From contig NC_068996.1 of the NCBI RefSeq assembly GCF_001194135.2, positions 16,881,819-16,916,703 of the forward strand: 34,885 nt of DNA, in the 5' to 3' direction. The notes beneath the pieces were generated by a model. The model was not told the DNA's origin. It did no database searches and saw only the letters and a list, made by a program, of their open reading frames with translations. The translations under genes and the position numbers were made by a program. Below are positions 1 to 12,084 of the stretch, piece after piece (the stretch's first letter is position 1; every line of letters begins with the position of its first letter). Source of the stretch: Octopus bimaculoides (taxonomy: Eukaryota).

Positions 1-104
1 GATGATGATGATGATCCTACCAAATTCTGGTGCCTCAAACATTTTAAGTACCACATTTAATCTTTTGATTAAATCTATATTATTATCATATATATATATA
101 TATA

Positions 105-484
105 TCATCATCATCATCATCGTTTAAGGTCCGCCTTCCATGCTAGCATGGGTTGGACGATTTGACTGAGGACTGGTGAACCAGGTGGCTACACCAGGCT
201 CCAATCTGATCTGGCAGAGTTTCTACAGCTGGATGCCCTTCCTAACGCCAACCACTCCGAGAGTGTAGTGGGTACTTTTAAGTGCTACCGGCACGAAGGC
301 CAGTCAAGCGGTACTGGCAACGGCCACGCTCAAAATGGTGTATTTTACGTTGTCACCTGCACAGGAGCCAGTCCAGCGGCACTGACAACAACCACGCTCA
401 AATGTTTTTTCACGTGCCAGTAAGGTGACGCTGGTAACAATCATGCTCAAATGGTGCTATTTACGTGCCACTGGCACAGAAGCC
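105..484 (-). mobile_element. RTE-type LINE 3' UTR with (GAT)n tail
   Basis: Near-identical to the 3' ends at 21063 and 22735 (catcatcgtttaa.gtccgc.ttccatgctagcatgggttggac...), which are linked to RT coding sequence. Confidence 0.85.
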
Positions 485-492
485 AGATAACA

Positions 493-1015
493 GGCTTTTT
501 TCAGTTTCAGTCTACCAAATCTACTCAGAAGGCTTTGGTTGGCCTAAGGCAATAGTAGAAGACACTCGCTCAAGATGTCATGCAGTGGAACTGGACCCAG
601 AAACATGTGGTTCAGAAACAAGCATCTTTCCAGTTATATCAATGCGGTAATAAGTTTGTTTCCCAACCATATGGTTCTGGGTTCAGTCTTATTGCATGGC
701 ACCTCAAGCAAGTATCTTTCACAATAGTGCAAGACTGACCAAAGGCTTGTGAGTAGGTTTCAAAGTGAAAGAAGCTCAGTGTGTGTGTGTGTGGGGGGGG
801 GGGGGGCGTGTGCGTGTGTGTGTGAGTCTTTTGTGTTGTACTCCTATTACTGCTTGATAACTGGTGTTGATTTGTTTGTTTCCATAGCTTAGCAGTTTGG
901 CAAAAAAAGACCAATAGAATAAGTTCCTGTCTTTAGAAAATAAGTACTTTGCTTAAACCTTTGATGGTGGTGCTCCAGCATAGCCACCGTCCAGTAAGTG
1001 AAATAAATATAAAAA
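493..1015. mobile_element. Two diverged family A SINEs in divergent orientation (493-630 minus, 645-1015 plus)
   Basis: Both align by eye to 10823-11220; the second carries the internal (TG)n tract. Confidence 0.75.
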
Positions 1016-1113
1016 AAAAACAAATATCTATCTATCTAGCTAGCTAGCTAGCTGTCTATCTACCTATCTACCTATCTATCTATCTATCTATCTATTTCAT
1101 CTACCTACATACC

Positions 1114-1210
1114 TATGTCCTCAGCAGTCACGGCCCATGTTTCATTGCCATGTAGCATGGCTGTTCGTACACATGCGTCATACAGTCTGCCTTTTACTCT
1201 GAGTGAGAGT
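1114..1210 (-). mobile_element. Isolated 97-bp internal RTE RT fragment
   Basis: 92/97 identical to 23376-23472 (LSLRVKGRLYDACVRT.MLHG.ETWAVTAEDI). Confidence 0.9.
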
Positions 1211-1464
1211 AAAAGCGTTTTTTGAGTGAACTAACACCTGCCCACGTGACTGTCAGTGGACTGGACAAGTCTTATTAAATGGATGAACCAGCAGACAGTT
1301 GAGGTCAAACTGTGAGAGCATTAGACTCCTTATTGATTCCGTGTTAGTTTGTTATTGTGCAAATGGTTATGATAAAATAACCAACTCTTGTTACACTGCT
1401 TATTGTTATACAGTTATATTTGATACTCTAGTATATTGTTACACACACACACATACATGAACAT

Positions 1465-1910
1465 ATCATCATCATTATTTAACATCTATTTCTCATGCTG
1501 GCATGAGCTGGACAGTTTGACAGGAACTGGCAAGGCCAAGAGCCACACAAAGTTCCATAGTCATTTTTGACTTGAATTCTACAATTGGATGCCCTTCCTA
1601 AAGCCAACCACTTTAAAGAGTGTACCAGGTGCTTTTCACATGGTACCACTGCCAGTGAAGTTTACATGACACCATCACCAATGCTTTTTCCATGGCACCA
1701 GTACCAGTGTTTTTTAAGCAGCACAAACACCAAAACTTTTTACATGACAACTTGTTCAATTCTGTCGTGGTGGGTGAGTCTTCAAAGGGTACAGTGACGT
1801 GTGGCATATCAGTCCTTTGTCATCTCCTTTGTAAAGCACAGCATTTTGAGATCAGCCTTCAATGCTTCATCCCAAATTTTCCTGGGTCTTCCTCTCTCTC
1901 ACAACTCCCC
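1465..1910 (-). mobile_element. Degenerate RTE 3' end
   Basis: Minus strand encodes ERGRPRKIWDEALKADLKML and is followed by a diverged 3' UTR (ggatgcccttcctaa.gccaaccac) and a (GAT)n tail. Confidence 0.75.
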
Positions 1911-2414
1911 TTCGCCTTACGTGGTCCGCACTTCTATATATCTTTTATCTTTAACTCATTTCAATCATTAGACTGTGATCATGCTAAGGTATGAACAACT
2001 TTTAGTCGAATGAGTCAACCCCAGGATTTATATTTTCTATCAAAACCTGATATTTATTTTATTAATCTCTTTTCCGTATATATATATGACCAAATTTGTA
2101 ATTCTATGTAAATAAATATTTTAATGTTGACAAAAACTAAAATTTTGTATATCAACAAACCTAAATATTCTGGGTTTTTTTTTATCTTTCTGTGAAATAT
2201 ATAAATTCATTAAATTCTTTATAAAAAAAAGTCTAAACAAATATTTTTATTACTAAATAAAAAAAAAAAAATTATAATGACTAGAGACGTAGAAATTTTG
2301 AGAAGGGAAAAAGAGGGAAAATAATGAAGGAATGATAGAAAGAAAGAGTTAGTAGGTGAATGAAGAAAAACGAAATTTATCACTAAGCAGAGAGATAAAA
2401 ACAGGCAAAATAAA

Positions 2415-2471
<57 letters not shown>

Positions 2472-2748
2472 GTGTGACATCATCACTACATGAGAGTAAA
2501 ACCACCTGTTATAATTATTATATTAAACACACAAGTATACGTGTTAAGTATTACATGTGCATTCTCTTTCTCACACATACATTCATATTCTGTATTAAGT
2601 AACGATCCAGATAAGAGATACTAAAAAAAAAAAAAAAAAATGAAGAGTGCAACAGTTTAATGAGGTTAGTCCAATGAACTGTCACGGGAATTTGTGTAGG
2701 ATACAGCCGCTAACTTAACTAACTTCAGACAAGTCAAACTGGGCCAGA

Positions 2749-2816
<68 letters not shown>

Positions 2817-3306
2817 ACAGATATATATATATAAATAAATATATATAAAATGCATGCATAACTGTATATAAAATACATGTAAATGCTTGAGCGTCCCATA
2901 ACACAGTACTTGTTCCACATTTTTGCGTTGTTGTTTTTTCTTGCCTGTTTTGTTTAGGTTGACTATATATATACATACATACATACATACACACACATAC
3001 AAACATATATATACACATACGCACATCTATATACATAGACATATATTATATCTACATATGCACATATACATGAATATATACACACACATATACACATACA
3101 TACATACATACATACATACATACATACATAAATATATATATATAGGCGCAGATATGGCTTCACAACAATATGGTTCTAGATTCAGTCCTACTGTGTGGTA
3201 CCTTGGCAAGTGTCTTTTACTCAGACTGACCAAAGCTTTGTGAGTGGATTTGGTGGATGGAAACTGAAAGAATTTGTGTATATAAGTAATAATTTAACTG
3301 AGGAAT

Positions 3307-4127
3307 GGAGAAGACAAATGGACATCACAATTTTTTCCATAAATGTTTTTATTTGATATCTTATACAATGTTATGCAATCCCTTCACTTCTTCAGATGTA
3401 TGATTTGAAGGCACCATTAACCAAATGAATGTTTCGGGATGAGTTCACCTGGGCATATCACAATATGCAAATAGATCGAATGCTTAGAAATTTCACTTAG
3501 GTTTTAAGATAATCAGCCTAATAAGTCAAAATGAAGTCAAAATAAAGCTGGTTGGAATTTATCTTATAGATCAAAATATTAACCAGAGAGTGACCATTTA
3601 ATGACTTTTGCAATGACAAAAGCTGTAAGATTGTCAAAGAAAGTCTGTTTTTAATTTACCCAACACTTTGCCTGACAATCCCATAGAAACCACACACTTA
3701 TCAACATACACAAATACATGTACAAACATGAAGACATCCATGTACTCACACGCAAAATTGCAGTTCTAAGATGGCCATACATATACCATATATATTATAC
3801 ATATGGAGGACACATACATGGATATACATGTAGACAAATACTTACACATACACATGCGCACACTCATCAATATACATACTTGCACAACAAAAAGTTACAA
3901 CGTTGACATAGCCAGACACATACTAAATAAATTATACATAGACACATGTACAAATACATGAATATAAATAAACACATGCATATTCACATGCACATACATG
4001 GGCATACACACACATACATATATAGACATATATATATGAGCACACACATAAATACATACATACATACACATATATATAGACATATATATATGAGCACACA
4101 CATAAATACATACACATATATATATAC

Positions 4128-4190
<63 letters not shown>

Positions 4191-4217
4191 NNNNNNNNNN
4201 NNNNNNNNNNNNNNNNN

Positions 4218-4305
<88 letters not shown>

Positions 4306-4607
4306 ACACACACACACACATACTCACATATAAACACAAACATGTATGCTGTACACATCAAACATCAAAGAGGTCCATGTTTATACACACAAGGATCTAT
4401 ACACATACATACACGAAACATTCATTTGGTTGATGGTGCCTTCAAATCATGACACCTGAGGAAGCAAATGGACAACAAAATTATTACATAGTTCCATATA
4501 ATATGACCTGTATATAACACTGTACGAGTTGCATAACATTGTATGAGATATGAAATAAAAATATTGTCTGTTCATGGAAACAACTGCAATGTCAATTTCA
4601 TTTCTCC
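3307..4607. repeat. Inverted pair of an unclassified repeat (3307-3436 minus, 4414-4607 plus)
   Basis: Shared cgaaacattcatttggtt.atggtgccttcaaatcat..cac.tga.gaag and ttgcataacattgtat.agatat.aaataaaaa.att. Confidence 0.8.
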
Positions 4608-5124
4608 TCACCTCATTTAAATTATTACTTTCATTATAAACTCTGAGAGCCTAATTTAAGCCCACTGTATCTTATTTTGGGATTGTGTAGTGATCCTATT
4701 TATATCGATCAAAGTCTTAAACATCTCCTTTTGATTTTGGAATACTAAACTAGCCAGGATCCAGCATAATGTGCTAAGGAAGTGATATATTATATGAGGA
4801 ATATGATACATGATATATGAGGAATATATTATACCCTCAGTTTCTCTGAGTGTGCATATGTGTGTGAGTATACATCTTTGTGTTTTCCTCCACCACTGCT
4901 TAACAATTAGTCTTTGTTTTTGTCCCCGTAACTTAGTACTTTGGTCAAAAAGTGACTGATAGTATAGACACAAAGCCATAACTTAAACGAAAATAAGTAC
5001 AGGGGTCAATTCGTTCAACTAAAACCTCTTCAAGGTGATGTCACAGCTTGGCCGCAGTCCAATGACTGAAGCAAGCAAAAGGTAAAAGATATACATGCAT
5101 GCACATACATGTAAATGAATATAT

Positions 5125-5455
5125 ATCAGGACCACTACACCAGGAAGAAATGATCAAGCTAAGTAACAATCTATTAAGAAACAACTACCCCAAAAACATA
5201 CTATCCACTCCAATTATGAACAAAAGAGAGGATGAAACCCATAAACTGACCACAGTCTGTCTACTCTGTGACCATAATAATAATAATAATAACATCAAAA
5301 AATACCTTAGGAATGAGAACCCAGGTTTGAAATTTCCTCAAGACACCTGACGAAGTCTGGATGGTATACCAGCCGAAGTGTTGTGTTAATAACAAACAAA
5401 CACCTGTCAAATGTAAATAATGTACATAATTCCTCATCTCTCAAATATATAACTG
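5125..5455 (+). mobile_element. Penelope-like retroelement fragment (post-RT region, internally deleted) with terminal repeat
   Basis: Peptide EEMIKLSNNLLRNNYPKNIL...HKLTTVCL resembles the Penelope post-RT L..N.YP segment from memory. It is followed by a terminal sequence containing a hammerhead-like motif. Confidence 0.55.
5342..5387 (+). ncRNA. Decayed minimal hammerhead-like motif at the end of a Penelope-like fragment
   Basis: GACAC-CUGACGA-A-GUCUGG(AUGGUAUA)CCAGCC-GAA-GUGU-U-GUGUU. Stems I and II form; stem III appears mutated from ACGU. Confidence 0.5.
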
Positions 5456-5721
5456 TATTTCTTCATTAGATGATAATAGATTAATTCTTCTCTCTATGTT
5501 AGTGGTCAGGTTTTCTAAAAATGTTATATGGATGGTTACTTTGATATGTGACATTGTTCTTAGGTTTATGGTAAAGCTGATAGGAGGAAGCATTAAGATA
5601 GGAGTTAATGTCTAGGAAGTTCACAGAGTTGTTATCGTTTCCCATGATAATGGATACTCATTGGGTGTTAAAAAATTCTGTAGTCTTTTTTTTGTAGAGT
5701 TCAAGTGGTACTGGTGATGGC

Positions 5722-5778
<57 letters not shown>

Positions 5779-7224
5779 NNNNNNNNNNNNNNNNNNNNNN
5801 NNNNNNNNNNNNNNNNNNNNNNNNNNNNNNNNNNNNNNNNNNNNNNNNNNNNNNNNNNNNNNNNNNNNNNNNNNNNNNNNNNNNNNNNNNNNNNNNNNNN
5901 NNNNNNNNNNNNNNNNNNNNNNNNNNNNNNNNNNNNNNNNNNNNNNNNNNNNNNNNNNNNNNNNNNNNNNNNNNNNNNNNNNNNNNNNNNNNNNNNNNNN
6001 NNNNNNNNNNNNNNNNNNNNNNNNNNNNNNNNNNNNNNNNNNNNNNNNNNNNNNNNNNNNNNNNNNNNNNNNNNNNNNNNNNNNNNNNNNNNNNNNNNNN
6101 NNNNNNNNNNNNNNNNNNNNNNNNNNNNNNNNNNNNNNNNNNNNNNNNNNNNNNNNNNNNNNNNNNNNNNNNNNNNNNNNNNNNNNNNNNNNNNNNNNNN
6201 NNNNNNNNNNNNNNNNNNNNNNNNNNNNNNNNNNNNNNNNNNNNNNNNNNNNNNNNNNNNNNNNNNNNNNNNNNNNNNNNNNNNNNNNNNNNNNNNNNNN
6301 NNNNNNNNNNNNNNNNNNNNNNNNNNNNNNNNNNNNNNNNNNNNNNNNNNNNNNNNNNNNNNNNNNNNNNNNNNNNNNNNNNNNNNNNNNNNNNNNNNNN
6401 NNNNNNNNNNNNNNNNNNNNNNNNNNNNNNNNNNNNNNNNNNNNNNNNNNNNNNNNNNNNNNNNNNNNNNNNNNNNNNNNNNNNNNNNNNNNNNNNNNNN
6501 NNNNNNNNNNNNNNNNNNNNNNNNNNNNNNNNNNNNNNNNNNNNNNNNNNNNNNNNNNNNNNNNNNNNNNNNNNNNNNNNNNNNNNNNNNNNNNNNNNNN
6601 NNNNNNNNNNNNNNNNNNNNNNNNNNNNNNNNNNNNNNNATATATATATATATATATATATATATAGTATGCAACTATCTTGGTAGATACAAAGATATGT
6701 GAATGCATACACAGATTATATACATATGTGAATAAATATATTTGGGCTAGTTTATCTGCTTGTGAGAAAGTCTCTTAATGATTCCATGAAATAATGTTTC
6801 AATTCCTTTCCCTCATTGAGAGACACATGTTTCTCTCTATTTCCTTGTGATCCAGTGGTTAGGGTGTGCACTCACGATGGTGAGACCATGGTTTCAATTC
6901 ACAGACCAGGCAGCAAGTTGTGTTGTAGAGCAAAACGCTGCATTTCACATTGCTCAATGGGTAGGAGAGTAGCAGAACTGTTAGTGTGTCAGCAGAAATA
7001 CTTTATGGTATATCTTCTAGCTCTCTACATTTTAAGTTCAAATCCCACCTGCCTGGAGAAGACAACAAGAAATCACTCTAATATTCATCTCATATCTAGT
7101 TATAGTAGCTGAAGTCCCAATAATATATTTAACAGGAGCAAATAAGGGTATGGACCTTCCCAGATCATACAGAAGGTGCTGGAGAAGGTTCACATGCACA
7201 GGATCTGCCCAATGGCAGACCACC

Positions 7225-7265
<41 letters not shown>

Positions 7266-7289
7266 CACACACAAACACATATATATATG

Positions 7290-7687
7290 TCCAACGTACT
7301 ATCTGGTAGCGTCCACATCTCTAATGGTTTTTTCAAATGAATTACGTTATAACCTTATCCAACTATAGTTCTCATACTCGGTCATAATGTCTTAAGTTTA
7401 AGATGGTTCCCATACATTTCCCTGAGGAGAAGTTTACATTTTTAACGTTGACGATTCCTATGGATCGCATAATTCGTAATTCTTCGAAACATATGTCGGA
7501 ATAAAGTATGCAGTTATAACATGCGTTCACTCCATTCCTTAAATTTATATATACTCAAATACCCAAAATATCAAGGAGTTTCTGCCTCACAGACAGGAAT
7601 TACACCACAGTTATTTTGTGATCTTTGCTACCCTGGTTTCTATTAACCCATTTATTCTATCCGAATTATTATTAATTAGGATAAAAT
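7290..7687 (+). mobile_element. Unclassified repeat hosting the canonical hammerhead (candidate Penelope LTR or retrozyme), cut by an assembly gap
   Basis: Non-coding and visibly richer in CpG than its flanks; bounded by a (TA)n/(CA)n tract and an N-run; contains the 7411-7510 motif. Confidence 0.4.
7411..7510 (+). ncRNA. Type-I hammerhead ribozyme, canonical core
   Basis: Core CUGAGGA 7422-7428; stem II GAAG 7429-7432 / CUUC 7482-7485; GAAA 7486-7489; palindromic stem III ACAUAUGU 7489-7496; GUC site with predicted cut after 7497. Stem I is UUCC/GGAA plus CAUAC/GUAUG across an internal loop. Confidence 0.85.
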
Positions 7688-8217
7688 NNNNNNNNNNNNN
7701 NNNNNNNNNNNNNNNNNNNNNNNNNNNNNNNNNNNNNNNNNNNNNNNNNNNNNNNNNNNNNNNNNNNNNNNNNNNNNNNNNNNNNNNNNNNNNNNNNNNN
7801 NNNNNNNNNNNNNNNNNNNNNNNNNNNNNNNNNNNNNNNNNNNNNNNNNNNNNNNNNNNNNNNNNNNNNNNNNNNNNNNNNNNNNNNNNNNNNNNNNNNN
7901 NNNNNNNNNNATATATATATATATAAAATTCTATCTTTCACTTCTTTAAGTTATGAGAATGTGGCCATGCTGGGGACCACCTTCAAGAGTTTTCAGTTAA
8001 ATGAATTGACTCCAGTGCTTTTGGAAATTTTGATACTTATTCTATCAATAACTTTTGCTGAACTGTTAAGTTATAGGGGTGTAAACACACAAACACTGGT
8101 TGACAAGTAGTGGTGGGGAACAAACACAGACACAAACACACACACATATATAGTTCAACTCATGCCAGCATGCAAGGTGGACATTAAACGATGATGATGA
8201 TGATATATATATATTAT

Positions 8218-8256
<39 letters not shown>

Positions 8257-8399
8257 CATACATACACATACAACCAACAGGTTTCTTTTCATTTATGTCA
8301 ACCAAATCTACTTACAAGGTTTTGTTTGGCCTGATGCTATATCAAAAGACATTTTCCCAAAGTGCCATGCCGTGGGAGTGGCACTATAGTATCATTGTT

Positions 8400-9590
8400 A
8401 AGTGTTGCAAGTTTACAATGATACTGCAGCTATGATTATGAATGTCACAGAAAATATCATTATAAGACTTAATCAGTGTTAGCCTGGATGAGATGCATTT
8501 TGGCTTTATTAGGAAGAGGAATAACTGATATCATATTCTTTCTAAGACAGCTGCAATTGGAGTAAATGGCTAGGAGTAAACCACTATACCTATCATTCTT
8601 TAATTTGGTGAAGGTCTTTGATAGAGCCCCTTACATTGTGATTTGGTAGTTGCTAAGGAAACTATGATGAACCATTGCTGTAAGCTGTACAAGCTATGTA
8701 TGAAGGAACAGCAAGCAAAGTGTATCTCAGCAATGAGATCAGTAAGAATTTAGGCTCAGGGTTCAGTTGTCAGTTACTTTCACGATTGTTATTTATAGTC
8801 CCCCAAGCTATAAGAGGAATTTAAGAACAGCTACCTTGGGACCTTCTATAAGCCAATGACATAGCTTTTATAGCAGGATCTATAAGAACTGAAGTAGAAT
8901 TTCCAGACAAGAAAGCAAAACCTGGAACTAAAAGGCCTTAAAGTTAACTATGTAGAAAAAAAGAAAATAGAAATTGAATATGCTGAACCCTTTGTGAACA
9001 ATGAACACATAAAAGGTGTTGTAGAAACACAGGTAAGCCATCAGAGAATAGATTTCATATGCTGCTGAAGTATGAACTCAGTAACGTGCACAGGAGATTC
9101 TTTCAAATGTGTAGTTTCCCAAGACATAGTTGATAGCTTTTATCACCTAGGTAATGTAATCAGTAGTGGAAAGAGAATATACTAAAAGTGTGGTAGTCAG
9201 AATAAGAATGGATTAGGAAATCTTCACAAAATCTTCACCTTCGCTGGCAACAAAGGGCTTCTATTTGTGCATAATGTGCATTGCTGCAAGGCTTCAATAT
9301 AAACAACTTTTGAAAGCTAGAAAGAAATGAAGTGAGCATGTTTCGCTGTATGTGTCTTGTTAGTGCATATGAACAATGAAGGATAAGTGAAGTGAGAAAC
9401 AAAATGGCTATAAGAGGAATCTGATGTAGAGAGAGGAAGAGAGGAGAAAACAATGGTATGGACATGTGATGTAAAGACTCTTTAGCCTTGCCTGATGCAA
9501 GACAATCTCTAAAGTTCGAGTGCCATAAAATAATACACCTAGTAGACTCTAGTTGGTATTAGGAAGGACATCCAATCAATCGAGATCTTG
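8400..9590 (+). mobile_element. Old, frameshifted RTE-type LINE (RT to 3' UTR)
   Basis: Pieces translate as TDIIFFLRQL, KPLYLSFFNLVKVFDR, VQAMYEG and GLKVN, with a downstream tggtatggacatgtgatg (WYGHV) segment; many stops. Confidence 0.7.
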
Positions 9591-10569
9591 GAGAAGACAT
9601 TCTATACATGGACATCTTAAAAAGAAATAGACAGGAGTGGACAAAAGTATATACACAGTTGCTTCACATGAGTGGAATGTTCTTTTTATTTCTCTGTTTC
9701 ATTTCTATACTTAAGCAATTTATAAGTAAATAAGGGAATTGTGGGGAAGCCTAGTTCATTGGAAGTCCCCTTTTTTGATTTCTAAAGACTTAGTTTCACT
9801 TATATTAAGCAACTGTATACCTACTTTTGTCCACCACTGTATGTGTGTGTGTGTGTACACACACATACATATAAATACAAATACATATATATGTGAATGC
9901 ACATATAGATATATATAATATATATTTAGAGAGAGAGAACCCAATATATACACACTGCCCCACAAACACATATGCATACACACACACACAGACACAAACA
10001 TTTGCACAAAACACACATGCATAAACATACACACATACAGAAAAACATGCACACAGATACATACAAAATGAACATATACATTACCATGTGTATATTTTAT
10101 GCATACTCATAAACACAGACATACACACATGCCCAAATTTGCATATAAATCTTTAAAATACTAAATTACTGTTATTAACATAGATAAAAGACTTAGATGT
10201 TATTAATGTAAAAAGGAGAAGCAGAAAATAAACAACCACCGCTACAGCAGCTGCTGCAACTGGCTCCGCCTCCAACCCCACACCTAATTGCACCCCAGCC
10301 ACCTACAACTTCCATACCAACAGAAAAATAAATTGAAATTAAAAAAAACAAATTGCTTTCAAAAAGGGAATGATGGTTGTCGAGAAGTGCAATAGATTTT
10401 ATTTCTAAATTACTAGTTAAGTTCTGAATTGATGTCGAGATTGATGGAATTGTTAAAGATCTATATGTCTGTTCTACAGACCATTCCATGTTCTATAGTG
10501 TAATTTGTATACTCCATAAAATATTCCATATGTTCTACAGATCAATCTGCATACACTATTAAGCATCAC

Positions 10570-10810
10570 ATCATCATCATTATATAACATCTGTTTTCTT
10601 TGCTGGTATGGGTTGAACAATTTAATAGAAACTGGTAAGCTGAAGAGCTACACCAGGCTCCAATGGTCTGTTTTGGCATGATTTCTATGGATGGATGCCC
10701 TTCTTAATGCCAACCACTTTACAGAGTGAACTGGGTGTTCCTTACGTGGCACCAGCACCGGTGCTTTTTACGTGGCACCATTCACACATACTTTTTACAG
10801 GGAACCAGCA
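10570..10810 (-). mobile_element. Degenerate RTE 3' UTR
   Basis: catcatcat tail, gctacaccaggctccaa, ggatgcccttc.taa.gccaaccac and ttacgtggcacc units. Confidence 0.75.
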
Positions 10811-10822
10811 CATATACTCTTT

Positions 10823-11220
10823 TACTTGTTTCAGTCATTTGACTGTGGCCATGCTGGAGCACCGCCTTTAGTTGAGCAAATCGACCCCAGGACTTATTCT
10901 TTGGAAGCCTAGTACTTATTCTATCGGCCTCTTTTGCCGAACCTCTAAGTTACGGGGACGTAAACACACCAGCATCAGTTGTCAAGCGATGTTGGTGGGA
11001 CAAACACTGACACACACAAACATATACACATACATATATATATATATACATATATACGACGGTCTTCTTTCAGTTTCCGTCTACCAAATCCACTCACAAG
11101 GCTTTGGTCAGCCCAAGGCTATAGTAGAAGACACTTGCCCAAGCTGCCACGCAGTGGGACTGAACCTGGAACCATGTGGTTGGTAGGCAAGCTACTTACC
11201 ACACAGCCACACCTACACCT
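10823..11220 (-). mobile_element. tRNA-derived SINE family A, full length, with internal (TA/TG)n
   Basis: Minus strand head gtggctgtgtggtaag...ggttccaggttcagtccc (A/B boxes), ggcagcttgggcaagtgtctt, an internal microsatellite, and tail gcggtgctccagcatggccacagtcaaatgactgaaacaagtaaaaga. Confidence 0.9.
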
Positions 11221-11629
11221 TTGGATTTAAAATGTGTAAGGATAATGTTGTATAATGTTGTATATATGTTGTATAATTTTATTTTGTAATATTCTGAATA
11301 GCATTCAATAATTTTGCATATCAATACAGTAGTAACCTATACACAGACCACAGAAAAAAATGCACTTAATTTCACTATTTTTGATAAAAGTTTCAACAGC
11401 AAATAGACACACCAATTTGAATTATGATGGTAATAGAAAGAAAAAGCAATGAGCTATCAGCTAAACAAAGACATGACTAGCATCTGCTTAACTTTAGTTT
11501 TGCTACAGCAGTGGCCATGTAAAACGTGGGAGATTTTCCTACTGTACATTATTTAATCTCTATACAGATGAAGGCGAAGATACAAATAGTAGTGTAGCAT
11601 ACTACCACCATCACCACTACCAAATCATT

Positions 11630-11960
11630 ATCATCATCACAATGGTACTTGCTTTGCTACCATATGGGCAGGTCTTCTCTAACAGCATATCTTTGCTTGT
11701 TGTAGTTCTTCGTCACTGAAGTTCAACAAACTGAAATCAGCTTTAACCATTTCCTTTCCCAAAGTCTCCTCCTACCTGGAACTTCTTTATTCAGCTGTCA
11801 TTATTCTTACACATTTTAACACTCCAAACCAATGCAGATATCTCCTCTTGTGTATTACATCACATTCTTCTCTTAACCCATTTGTGCAGTGTTATTCATG
11901 CACACTAGGTACCTTATCAATTAATGATAGCCGAGTCTGGTAAGAAGAGTCCAATGAGAT
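11630..11960 (-). mobile_element. Degenerate RTE C-terminal fragment
   Basis: Minus strand has segments resembling LHWFG..., WE.MVKADF and YAVREKT, as in the intact copy at 21544-21846. Confidence 0.5.
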
Positions 11961-12084
11961 ACCATTCCTTATGTTGTTCAACCATTGTTTTAGAAGCTTA
12001 TTTTCATCCATGTACAAGTATACAGGTCTTGTGCAATGTAGCTCATATAATTAGTTATGTATAATGTGATTTGTAGGAGCAATC

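Noticed and set aside
160-190. CTGAGGA followed by a CTGG/CCAG hairpin in the RTE 3' UTR (also at 21126 and 22787)
   Set aside because: No GAAA after the stem, no stem III or NUH, and antisense to the element; not a hammerhead.
7270-7310. Minus-strand VGHIY, like GALNT SRVGHIY
   Set aside because: In-frame stop two codons upstream, and the HIY comes from the (TA)n tract.
10193-10489. 98-aa minus-strand ORF with Gly/Cys-rich stretch
   Set aside because: Low-complexity CCA/GCA-rich DNA; no recognisable domain or convincing exon boundaries.
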